This document shows positions 10,326-19,114 of a stretch of 64,000 bases of DNA, piece after piece. Numbering within the stretch: position 1 is the first letter of the stretch; every line of letters starts with the position of its first letter. Source of the stretch: Candidatus Poribacteria bacterium. Its GTDB lineage: Bacteria; Poribacteria; WGA-4E; WGA-3G. The notes beneath the pieces were generated by a model. It searched no databases and had not been told where the DNA came from. It was given only the letters and a program-made list of their open reading frames with translations. The DNA is taken from NCBI GenBank assembly GCA_965205015.1, contig OZ242029.1, positions 2,976,001 through 3,040,000 of the forward strand, given 5' to 3'. Both the position numbers and the translations under genes were made by a program.

Positions 10326-11753
10326 CTAAACCTCAACACGGACAAAGGCGAGATACGCTCCAGATAGCAGGACTATGACGAACAGGGATAGCAACAAAAG
10401 ATCGACTGCCGCTGTGTTGAAGTCCTTACTAAAACTCAAGGTGTCTTCAAATTTTGGGATCGCCTCTAACGGGACCGGTTTCTGTGACATCCCTGCACGG
10501 ACCCCAAAGATATGAAGACTCTCCGGATCGGCTTGATCGGTGTCAACGATGAAAATCCGATATTGTTGGGCATAGGATTTAACGTTCTCTAAAAATTGCA
10601 AATGCCGCTCAAACCCCGTTCCGGCAAAGGCTTCAAGGAGGTGCTGGAAAATGGTGACGGGTGAAATCTGGGTGATCGCACGCGCCCGGTGGACCTGAGA
10701 AATTCGCTGTTTTAGGCGTTCCTCGTGCAGGCGTTCCTGCTGTGCTGCGTCTTTGGTGGCGTACTCGCCTGCCACTTGTAATATTTGGATTTGGGTTAAA
10801 CTCTTATCTGAACCATACCGAAGTGTGTCGTATTCGCGCTCAAGTTCCTCCTCAAGTTGCGCACTGCGTTCAGAAAATCCAAGCGCAGCCGTTGGTGGTG
10901 TGGAACGTCCAGCAATCGAAACGAGTGTACTGGGCATAAAAACGACAAAGGTGACCCAAACCAAGAGGAGTATCACGAGACTCACCGCGCTCCGTTGCAC
11001 ACGTGCCGAAACGAGCAGCCCCAACGCCAGAAACAGACTTATGTAGAGGAGCGTGATCAAGAAAATAAGACATAGACGTTCCCAAGCCTCCGCACCGAGG
11101 TGCACATCGCTCGACGTGGAAATGACTAAGAGGTTCAGCAAAACTGCCAGCGTGAAAGGAATGTTTATACTGATTAATGCCCCTAAAAACTTGCCAATCA
11201 GGACGGTGTGCCGCGGAATCGAGTTCGCGAACATCAATCGGAGTGTGCCTTGCTCGCGCTCGTGGGAAATCGAATCGAAGGTAAATAGGAGCGCGATGAG
11301 GCTTAAGACATAACCGATGATAAAACCCCAATCCACTTTGGTGACATTTGGGCGAACGTTATGCAAATCGGGGGTAGCCGAATGATATGCCAGAATCCAA
11401 AAACTTTCTAAGCGCGGTTCATCTCCTCTCCCCCAACGACTGTAACCCCCCTCCACGTTCCTTGGCAAAAAGGTCTCGCCGCCTTCCGCACAGAAACGGA
11501 GATTAGAGGGCTGTTTGTAAAGATATCCGGGTCCCTTCTCCGCGAGTTTATACAGACTGTCCTCGGCATAATTTGCTAAGCGGTTCTGATGTCTGGTAAC
11601 ACCATTGTGATAGTTCTGGACGCGTTTTGGGTGTTCTCGGAGATGCACAATCGCATTGGTCAGCATCAAGCCCAGCAACAACACCGTCGCCAGTGCAAAT
11701 CGGAGGCTATTGAGGTTATCGTAAAGTTCGCGTTTTGTAATGTGTAATATCAT
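10326..11753 (-). CDS. ABC-2 type transporter permease (subunit B)
   Basis: FDSISHEREQGTLRLMFAN motif; paralog of 1326..2735 with the same C-terminus AYLAFVRVEV. Confidence 0.88.
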   Translation of the reverse strand: MILHITKRELYDNLNSLRFALATVLLLGLMLTNAIVHLREHPKRVQNYHNGVTRHQNRLANYAEDSLYKLAEKGPGYLYKQPSNLRFCAEGGETFLPRNVEGGYSRWGRGDEPRLESFWILAYHSATPDLHNVRPNVTKVDWGFIIGYVLSLIALLFTFDSISHEREQGTLRLMFANSIPRHTVLIGKFLGALISINIPFTLAVLLNLLVISTSSDVHLGAEAWERLCLIFLITLLYISLFLALGLLVSARVQRSAVSLVILLLVWVTFVVFMPSTLVSIAGRSTPPTAALGFSERSAQLEEELEREYDTLRYGSDKSLTQIQILQVAGEYATKDAAQQERLHEERLKQRISQVHRARAITQISPVTIFQHLLEAFAGTGFERHLQFLENVKSYAQQYRIFIVDTDQADPESLHIFGVRAGMSQKPVPLEAIPKFEDTLSFSKDFNTAAVDLLLLSLFVIVLLSGAYLAFVRVEV

Positions 11754-11755
11754 GT

Positions 11756-13267
11756 CTACACCTCACTCCTAACGAAAATGAGAAATATCACAATGAAAAG
11801 TGTGAGGTTCATCAGGAACAAAAGGCAGACATCTGGTAAGGCTCGCTTAGCATTCACATTCACATCGACCCTTTGAAAAGAAAACTGCGGTAGATTGCTC
11901 CACTCTGGGGCACCTTTGTCGGCAGAAAACCACTGTCGAGATCTGAATATCTCTTCATCATAGAAATAGTCAATAACGCGCTGTCTGTGTCGTCTCACAG
12001 CGTCGAAAAAGTCTCTGATGCCGAGCAGATCGGTGCCAGCCCAGGCTTGTGTTGCGGCATCATATAGCCCCACAGGCGAGAGTTTCAGATAGCGTCGCTC
12101 CACATTTGCGGGTTGAATGAAAATGTCTTCCAATGCGGGGTTTCGGATGAACCATGTTTCGTCTGCTGTCCCGACAACCTGGGGTCCGAGGAATCCGAAA
12201 TAATTTTGGGCGTACGGAACCTTGGGCTCCGCTTCCTTGTTTAGCGAGTCCGCCTCCATTGTGCTTTCGTAGATATAGAATAGGCGATCAAGGTCTCCCC
12301 AAAGATATGCGCCGTACCACCCACTCCCCATAATTTTAAAATGCCAGTCTTCCCCAGGGAGCGCGTCGCTGGCGAGGAAGTGTTTCCGTTCTCTGTCAAA
12401 TTCCTCCCACATCTGTTCAATTTGGCTAAAAGCAGATGCCGCACGCGTCTGTGGGGTCTCCGGTCGCGGGACCACGGCAAGAATCATATTCGGATAGACG
12501 AGGACTAAGAACCCCCAAACGAACATGGAGAGCATCAATGCGGTACTCGTTCGACGGGTCGCCGCCGAGATCAGCATGCCGATGAGATAGAATACGGAAA
12601 GATACACAACGGTTGTAAAAATAATCCCGCCAATCCGTAGAAAATCATCGGTGTTCAGAGAAATGAAGGGGGTCGTCGTGAGCAAGATGACTGAAAGGAG
12701 CAGGCTTATGAGCAATGGGGCGAGTAAGCAGAGCATCGCACTGATGTACTTCGCAAGTAAGATATGTCCGCGACGGACGTGCGATGTCAAGAGCAGACGT
12801 AATGTGCCGCGCTCGTATTCTCCCGCGAGCGTGTCGTAGGCAAAAATCAGTGATAGTAAACTCAGGATTACTTCAAAGATAAAGACAATATCCATGGACG
12901 CGAACATATCCATAAACGGATTATCCGAGCCATGCATTCCGGCATCCCACAGCGATGGAACATACGTATGTGATACCCGTGCCTCGTTTCCGAGCTGCTT
13001 ATCGAATCCGACATTGAAAATGCTTAACGGGTTCGGGGACCGGTCGACAAATAATTTCTCTGTCCCCGCGGAATATGTTTTTTTCTCCTCAAGTTGCCGC
13101 TGATGTTCTTTGACGGCAGCGTTATGGCTTGCCAAGCGTTGCTCGTGGTCCTTGATGAGTACCATAGTATTTGCAAGGACAAGCAGCAACATGATGAAGA
13201 CGGCTGCTGCGAAACGGAATGTCATTAGATTGTCGAGGAGTTCTCGGCGGATGAGTGTTGTTAGCAT
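11756..13267 (-). CDS. ABC-2 type transporter permease (subunit A)
   Basis: AYDTLAGEYERGTLRLLL motif; paralog of 2738..4240 with an identical N-terminus. Confidence 0.88.
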   Translation of the reverse strand: MLTTLIRRELLDNLMTFRFAAAVFIMLLLVLANTMVLIKDHEQRLASHNAAVKEHQRQLEEKKTYSAGTEKLFVDRSPNPLSIFNVGFDKQLGNEARVSHTYVPSLWDAGMHGSDNPFMDMFASMDIVFIFEVILSLLSLIFAYDTLAGEYERGTLRLLLTSHVRRGHILLAKYISAMLCLLAPLLISLLLSVILLTTTPFISLNTDDFLRIGGIIFTTVVYLSVFYLIGMLISAATRRTSTALMLSMFVWGFLVLVYPNMILAVVPRPETPQTRAASAFSQIEQMWEEFDRERKHFLASDALPGEDWHFKIMGSGWYGAYLWGDLDRLFYIYESTMEADSLNKEAEPKVPYAQNYFGFLGPQVVGTADETWFIRNPALEDIFIQPANVERRYLKLSPVGLYDAATQAWAGTDLLGIRDFFDAVRRHRQRVIDYFYDEEIFRSRQWFSADKGAPEWSNLPQFSFQRVDVNVNAKRALPDVCLLFLMNLTLFIVIFLIFVRSEV

Positions 13268-13304
13268 AATTATCCTTCAATGCGTACGCGTATCTATTTT
13301 ACCA

Positions 13305-13409
13305 TTACTCGCTTTTGGATGCACCCGTGAGGATTTCATTCCAATCCCACAAGAGAATTGTGCCATCTGCCCCCGTGCTGACGAGCGTTTTACCATCAGA
13401 TGAAAATGC
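13305..13409 (-). pseudogene. C-terminal remnant of a WD40-repeat gene
   Basis: Translates AFSSDGKTLVSTGADGTILLWDWNEILTGASKSE*; preceded directly by an in-frame TAA, no start codon. Confidence 0.75.
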
Positions 13410-13429
13410 TTAGGTAATGCGGAAGTGGA

Positions 13430-14131
13430 TTAATGCATAGTTTGCATTCTCATATAGGAATCGGCATTTTCAAAGTCTTCAGGTGTGTTGATGTTGAAAA
13501 AGGACATGCCCTTCGGATCGAACGCCTGCCAGACTTCAGGCGAAATACGCTTTATGTGTGCGCGTTCCTGTAAAGCATGGACACGCAACTCGGAGTCCCG
13601 TAGCATTGACTCGATGATAGGCAGACATCTTTTGGAATAGGCAGCGCACAACGTTTGGAGAGTTATCTGACTGTTGTCGGAGGGGTGTGTAACCCCGGTG
13701 TCCTTGTTACGGCAGAACGGCGTCTGCCTACTACTGTAAGTATAGGGCATTACTGCATCATATTCACCCAAGACGGAAGCGAGATAGGCGAGTAGGTTGG
13801 GATTTAAAAATGGACTATCGCACGCAACACAGAGCATAGTATTTTGCGAAGCGTGTGTCAAACCGGTATAGATGCCTCCTAACGCACCGGTGTCCGGAAT
13901 AATATCACCGTGCATCGGTACACGGAGGTGCGTATATTCAGCAGGACTATTGGTGATAAGCAGAAGTTCGTCAACAACGCGGCGCATGCGACGGATAACA
14001 TGTCCGATGAGCGAATTGTCTCCGAGCTGCATCAACGCCTTATTCGCTCCCATCCGCCGACTCTTACCACCGGCGAGGATAACACCCGTGACCGGAAATG
14101 GATTTTTATGCACGTCCAACGACATCGACAA
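13430..14131 (-). CDS. mobA: Molybdenum cofactor guanylyltransferase, with REP-derived insertion
   Basis: GVILAGGKSRRMGANKAL, GALGGIYTGL, VACDSPF and FFNINTPEDF motifs. Confidence 0.9.
   Translation of the reverse strand: MSMSLDVHKNPFPVTGVILAGGKSRRMGANKALMQLGDNSLIGHVIRRMRRVVDELLLITNSPAEYTHLRVPMHGDIIPDTGALGGIYTGLTHASQNTMLCVACDSPFLNPNLLAYLASVLGEYDAVMPYTYSSRQTPFCRNKDTGVTHPSDNSQITLQTLCAAYSKRCLPIIESMLRDSELRVHALQERAHIKRISPEVWQAFDPKGMSFFNINTPEDFENADSYMRMQTMH
13675..13735. repeat. Convergent REP-like doublet inside mobA
   Basis: Plus: TGTCGGAGGGGTGTGTAACCCCG. Minus: AGTAGTAGGCAGACGCCGTTCTGCCGTAAC, which shares both ends with the copy at 36091..36120. Confidence 0.65.
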
Positions 14132-15302
14132 TTAACTCACCTACCTGTTGTAGACTTTTCGTGTTGAGCAGATCACACTTATCTCGTTCCGAATGGATTT
14201 TTAATGCAACACGTCCCACCTCTCCCGCTGTCAACGTAACCGTCTCAAATCCGTGGCTTGCAATGGGGATACTGTCCAATCCTACACCGATTGGTAGGTG
14301 ACGTTCCAAAACCTGTATGCCGAGTGCTTTGCCTGATGTTCGGAACATCTCAGCTAACATATCTGCGGTGTGAACCGTCGGGATTCCATAGCGTGTAACG
14401 ACGCTAACGGCGTTGCCAACGCCGAGTCCGTCTAAGTTGATTACATAGGTATTTTCTTGATCATATTCACGAGCGTGTTTTTGGACGTAGCGTAATGCGC
14501 CGCACATGCCGTATTCTTCCGCACCAGCGGCAAGGAATGTAATAGATTTTTTTTCGCCGCGCGCCATCACCACACGCGCGATTTCAAGCATAACGCCAAC
14601 GCCGGAGGCATTATCAAAACCGCCAGGAGAGCGGTTCTGCGTGAAATTGATTTGCAGAAGTAGCAAACAAAGTATCGTTATTCCAGCGACACTCCAGACA
14701 ATGGCAATGGAATCGGGGAACCAGACGCGGGTGATGTAATCGGGGAACCAAGCGAGGGTAGCGACCTCAATCACCATTACAGTTGTCAATGCAATAAGTC
14801 CGACAATCGCGATACCGTAAGCCACTGCTCGGACGGCAATCGACAATACCTGTGATTTGGAGTCATAGTGTGCAACAAATAGGAGGGCAGGCGTATTATC
14901 ATTCGGTTTCCTACCGTTTGTTGCAACAATGTTCTCCGACTCATACTTTCTGCCCACATTATATAGCCCTTCAAACCGTCTCTGCCACTGCATAAAAAGC
15001 AACGCCACGGAGAGACTGAGTAGACAAGCGAGACATACAGGGATCGGAAACCCTTCACCCAGCCACGGGACAGAAAGGACTACTGGAACGAAGAGACCGC
15101 AAAGCAGACGCGGTAACACCTCCGCGGGGAACTTCGTAAAAGAAAAAGATTCTCGTGAGACATCCAACCCCAACGCTGTGAATTGCTGGACGATGTAGTC
15201 TTGCGCCTTCGCTTCACCCAGGCTGCCCACCAGTCTCGGAAAGGTAAGTTGCGCGATGTGATGGTAGGCACGCTTTGCGTCATAAGTCAGGTTTATATCC
15301 AT
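14106..15302 (-). CDS. M28 family metallopeptidase with TM insertions
   Basis: FVAHYDS, GGFDNASG, AGAEEYG, INLDG and IHSERD zinc-ligand motifs; start set at MDINL, just after the sulfatase stop. Confidence 0.82.
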   Translation of the reverse strand: MDINLTYDAKRAYHHIAQLTFPRLVGSLGEAKAQDYIVQQFTALGLDVSRESFSFTKFPAEVLPRLLCGLFVPVVLSVPWLGEGFPIPVCLACLLSLSVALLFMQWQRRFEGLYNVGRKYESENIVATNGRKPNDNTPALLFVAHYDSKSQVLSIAVRAVAYGIAIVGLIALTTVMVIEVATLAWFPDYITRVWFPDSIAIVWSVAGITILCLLLLQINFTQNRSPGGFDNASGVGVMLEIARVVMARGEKKSITFLAAGAEEYGMCGALRYVQKHAREYDQENTYVINLDGLGVGNAVSVVTRYGIPTVHTADMLAEMFRTSGKALGIQVLERHLPIGVGLDSIPIASHGFETVTLTAGEVGRVALKIHSERDKCDLLNTKSLQQVGELIVDVVGRA

Positions 15303-15312
15303 CCGAATTGAT

Positions 15313-16692
15313 TCAATCTGTGCCCAACTCCACTTGGAAGCGCCTTGCCAGACGACCCCTGAGTGTCCGAGCGATTTCACGTTCCGATTCAGCGATGTTG
15401 TGGAGCTCGCACGGATCGTTCTCTAAATCGTATAACTCTGTCACATCGCTGTAGTTCTCGATGAGTTTGTGTGTCGCCGTCCGAATACACCGGAAGTTTC
15501 GGAGGGCACTCACTGTCTCGGTGCGGTGCGTCTCAATTTCACCACGAAGCACAGGCGCGAGGGACCTCGCGTCAATCCGTGGTAACACAGGTACACCTAC
15601 TAACTCACATATCGTCGGATTCAGATCAATCAACTCGACCAAACTCTCCGAAATCTGGTTCCCCGCAATGCCGGGTCCAGCAACGATGAGTGGCACTCTC
15701 AGGGACGCTTCATAGGCAACGCTTTTGGTGTAAAGTCCGTGGTCGCCGAGCATTTCCCCGTGATCGCTTGAATAGATGATATAGGTGTTATCGAGCATCC
15801 CACGGTGTTCAAGTGCGCGAAGCATTTCCCCGATCTGGTCATCAATCAATTCCGTTGCGGCGCAGTACTGCTGTCGCGTGAGAGTAATCTCCTCGGGACC
15901 AATATCAACGACGCGTCGTCTCACCCATTCGGGTTTTCCTTCCATATTATCAACGATGGCGGGAGGCATCTCTGCATTCCGATACTTATCCCCATATTCA
16001 GTGGGTGGATCGAAGGGATCGTGTGGTCCGACGAAACTCACGAACATATGCCATGGGAAATCATCAGGGATGTTCTCAATAAACGCAGTTGCCCGTCTGC
16101 CGATATAGGTATCGGCAAAATCTTCTGTTGAGAGGACGGAATCGTGAGAACCCTCTTTAATCCAACCCCCGCTACTGCGTTTCTGATAATCTTCGTGGAA
16201 CGCTTTGAGCATCCCTTTTTCTTCAAGATAGTGCGTGTAAGGACCGATGGGTGTTGGTGAACTTCCTGCATGCATTTTGCCTTCACACTCTTCAGGATGT
16301 GTGAAACCCCAGCTATAAGTGCGTGGACGGTCGCCGTAGCGTCCGTTATAGCCATCGGGTTTGGCGAGATCGAGTTTACCAACACATCCGACGCGATAGC
16401 CGTGGTCGCGGAGTTGCTGATAGTAGGTCGGCACGGTGGCGGGTAGGAAGCTTCCGTTATCTACGGCTCCCACTCGTGAGGGTTGCAATCCCGATGCGAG
16501 CGCGATACGTGAGGGCGCACAGACTGGGGCGTTCACTGTGCAGTTTGGAAAACTCACACCCGTTTCTGCCAAGTGTCGTAAGTTTGGGGTATTGAGTGCG
16601 GTGGGTGCATTCTCAACTGTCTCCAAATAATCGTATCGGTGCTGGTCTGACATGATGAAAAGAACGTTCGGTCTATCAGTTTTTCGAGTCAT
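15313..16692 (-). CDS. Sulfatase (formylglycine-dependent)
   Basis: PNVLFIMSDQHR, CAPSR (CxPxR), SSDHGEMLGDHG. Confidence 0.92.
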   Translation of the reverse strand: MTRKTDRPNVLFIMSDQHRYDYLETVENAPTALNTPNLRHLAETGVSFPNCTVNAPVCAPSRIALASGLQPSRVGAVDNGSFLPATVPTYYQQLRDHGYRVGCVGKLDLAKPDGYNGRYGDRPRTYSWGFTHPEECEGKMHAGSSPTPIGPYTHYLEEKGMLKAFHEDYQKRSSGGWIKEGSHDSVLSTEDFADTYIGRRATAFIENIPDDFPWHMFVSFVGPHDPFDPPTEYGDKYRNAEMPPAIVDNMEGKPEWVRRRVVDIGPEEITLTRQQYCAATELIDDQIGEMLRALEHRGMLDNTYIIYSSDHGEMLGDHGLYTKSVAYEASLRVPLIVAGPGIAGNQISESLVELIDLNPTICELVGVPVLPRIDARSLAPVLRGEIETHRTETVSALRNFRCIRTATHKLIENYSDVTELYDLENDPCELHNIAESEREIARTLRGRLARRFQVELGTD

Positions 16693-16750
16693 TTCCCCTC
16701 CATTTCACATAAAGGCTTTTTTAATTTTAGTTCCATACCTATCGCTATAC

Positions 16751-17362
16751 TTAATTCACAACTACATAAATAGTTTCACCAAGTTCTTGAATGAAGTTAA
16801 TTGCCTTCACCGAATCTGAAGAAGAAATGCCCCAGCGATTCCCTGGACTGCTAGGATCCAAGTCTGACTCATGTACAATCTGATTTCGCCGATTAAGGAT
16901 CAGTTGGAGTTGATTTTTCACATCCTCAACCTTTAAGTTGAGTTCTAACGCAACAGAGTCCCACAATCTACAAGTAGAGAAAAGCCGGATCGCATCGGCT
17001 ATTTTATCAGGATGTTGAAACGGCAGGTGGCCGTGGTTGCGGCGAATTTCCTCATCAAGCCATCTGTTATCACCTTGTGCCGCGGCAATCCCTTGTAATG
17101 TTGCTTCCATCTTAATCTGAAAACGCAAAAAGGCAGGCGTTTGAGGGCGTTTGCCATCATAAACTTCCAGCATGCCAACTCGCGTGATTCCGTGTATGTA
17201 GTGGTCAAGTGCACTGACAGCCATAACGATTTGAGAGCGTAACAAGTCTGTCAAATCCAGAGCAGAAATTATCTGTTGACTGAATATATCATATAACGCC
17301 CCCAAGGTTTGAACCCGTTCAATATCATCACGAAATTGTTGAAGAATATCAAGCATTTTCAA
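16751..17362 (-). CDS. HEPN-domain protein (putative RNase; RiboL-PSP/MAE-type)
   Basis: Helical protein, LLRSQIVMAVSALDHYIH and C-terminal RNQIVH (Rx4H). Confidence 0.75.
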   Translation of the reverse strand: MKMLDILQQFRDDIERVQTLGALYDIFSQQIISALDLTDLLRSQIVMAVSALDHYIHGITRVGMLEVYDGKRPQTPAFLRFQIKMEATLQGIAAAQGDNRWLDEEIRRNHGHLPFQHPDKIADAIRLFSTCRLWDSVALELNLKVEDVKNQLQLILNRRNQIVHESDLDPSSPGNRWGISSSDSVKAINFIQELGETIYVVVN

Positions 17363-18446
17363 TGAGCACCATTATCCTATCAACGCCTTCAGAATAGAGT
17401 TTTTGGAATCGATGCATAGATTTTTTTGTTTGCTCAAGCACCTCACCTGCATGTTCAAGCTGTGTGTCCGTCAATTCAAAAATTGGGGCTTTATGTTCTT
17501 GTGAACGAGCGATAAGACTATTGTAATCTGGCATCTGAAGAATTGGTTTTCCTAAGGATTCCTCTGAAAACAGAGTCTGTTGATTTGGTTCACGTAACAT
17601 TACTTTCTCATATAACTCAATGGGAAGTAACATATCGTTTTTCTTTAAGACAGGTAGGAGACTCGTCTTGACAGCTAGCTCTATAGCATCAATCCATTTT
17701 TGAAATGCAGCAGTAGGTTTCTTGTTTCTAACCCGATAATTCTGAACGATTGTACCGAGAAATTTGGGAATTTTATCTGGGAAAGGATAAGTTGCTTCCC
17801 TTAGAATTGGTAACGCTCTCCCCTGTCTCGACCACGCTGCCCATTGGATCAAAATTGAAGCGAGACTCTCCGCCGCCATGACCGAGAAATAATCAGGAAA
17901 CATCGGAACAAGAAAAAAGTCACTCGTCATCAGCAAATTTCGGTTGATTGCACCTAAACTAGGTCCCATGTCTACAAGTATGAAATCTACATCGTACTTT
18001 TTGGCAGTTTCCATAAAAAGATAATTTAGCGAACCAGGCAAATTCTGGAGACTAGGGAGTGAACCAGACAGTTCTTGAGCCATACCCAAAACGACCTCGT
18101 ATTCAGCAAACCGAATGTGCCCTGGTAACAGATACATATTAGGTTGTCCTTTAACTGGCTCACAGATTACTGGTTCAAGAAGCACGGGGCGAGATTCAAA
18201 AGCTGGAGCGAGCCCTCGGTAGATATCCCGCACTTCTTCTGACTCGTAAAGTGCTTGAAACCCTTCGCTAATCTTATATTTGTTCCCCCTGAGTCCAAAG
18301 ACCATTCCTGTTAGATTACACTGCGGGTCACAGTCAACAAGCATAACCGTTTTGCCTTTATTTGCCAGCATCCACCCTAAGTTGAATGTTGTCGTTGTTT
18401 TGCTGACACCGCCTTTGTGGTTGAAAAGCGCGATTTGTTTCGTCAT
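17349..18446 (-). CDS. ParA/Soj family ATPase
   Basis: FNHKGGVSKTTT deviant Walker A, VDCDPQCNLT, ILVDMGP; overlaps the HEPN gene by 14 nt. Confidence 0.88.
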   Translation of the reverse strand: MTKQIALFNHKGGVSKTTTTFNLGWMLANKGKTVMLVDCDPQCNLTGMVFGLRGNKYKISEGFQALYESEEVRDIYRGLAPAFESRPVLLEPVICEPVKGQPNMYLLPGHIRFAEYEVVLGMAQELSGSLPSLQNLPGSLNYLFMETAKKYDVDFILVDMGPSLGAINRNLLMTSDFFLVPMFPDYFSVMAAESLASILIQWAAWSRQGRALPILREATYPFPDKIPKFLGTIVQNYRVRNKKPTAAFQKWIDAIELAVKTSLLPVLKKNDMLLPIELYEKVMLREPNQQTLFSEESLGKPILQMPDYNSLIARSQEHKAPIFELTDTQLEHAGEVLEQTKKSMHRFQKLYSEGVDRIMVLIENA

Positions 18447-18500
18447 CTAATATCTCCTCAGGTATGGACAATGTGATTATTAAGTCTAACCCTTTCAATT

Positions 18501-18529
18501 ATTATACACAGGATCGTGGTGATTCTCAA
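18501..18529 (-). promoter_or_regulatory. Sigma70 promoter for parA-HEPN
   Basis: TTGAGA-N17-TATAAT with TG extension. Confidence 0.65.
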
Positions 18530-18583
18530 TTAAAAAATCGCTGTTGATTCGCATAGAGTGTTCCTAAAAACATTCTCAAGGTC

Positions 18584-18612
18584 TTGCCATAATTTACCGG
18601 GTATGCTATGAT
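18584..18612 (+). promoter_or_regulatory. Sigma70 promoter for VOC gene
   Basis: TTGCCA-N17-TATGAT with TG extension. Confidence 0.6.
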
Positions 18613-18642
18613 GTGCCCATAATTCTCAAAAAGGAGGCTCAC

Positions 18643-19065
18643 ATGGCAGTTTTTTTACATACACGGGTTCGCGTCAGCGACCTTGACGGTTCCATCAATT
18701 GGTATTGCGATCACATGGGGTTCAAAGTCCTCAGTCGGAGCGATAAATCTCCGGCGGGCAACCAGATCGTGCATCTTGAACTCCCGGGCAATGCCCACAC
18801 CTTAGAGTTAACCTATTCACCGGACTTCGATCTTCAGGTGCAAGAGGATCTGATGCATTTTGCGATCGGGGTTCCAGATATTGTCGAATTTTGCGATGGG
18901 TTAGAAAAGGCAGGGTTGGAAATTTGGCCCGATGAATGGCGCGACCAATTCACATCAGGTGGAATGAAAATGGCATTCGTCACCGATCCTGATGGTTACG
19001 AGGTCGAAATTTTAGAACGTGCAGATGCCTCTGGCGATCCGCTCGATGTGCTTGACGAATCTTAA
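18643..19065 (+). CDS. VOC family protein (glyoxalase I/lactoylglutathione lyase-like)
   Basis: FLHTRVRVSDL, LELTY, HFAIGV, AFVTDPDGYEVEI; AAGGAGG RBS before ATG 18643. Confidence 0.85.
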   Translation: MAVFLHTRVRVSDLDGSINWYCDHMGFKVLSRSDKSPAGNQIVHLELPGNAHTLELTYSPDFDLQVQEDLMHFAIGVPDIVEFCDGLEKAGLEIWPDEWRDQFTSGGMKMAFVTDPDGYEVEILERADASGDPLDVLDES

Positions 19066-19075
19066 GTCGTAACGT

Positions 19076-19106
19076 GTAGGTTGGGTTGAACGCGGAGAAA
19101 CCCAAC
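19076..19106 (+). repeat. GTAG-type REP between convergent genes
   Basis: GTAGGTTGGGTTGAACGCGGAGAAACCCAAC; stem GTTGGGTT/AACCCAAC. Confidence 0.65.
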
Positions 19107-19114
19107 AAAACCGA

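Noticed and set aside
17349-18446. ParA as a chromosome or plasmid partition system
   Set aside because: No parB, parS or replication genes nearby; the partner is a HEPN protein.
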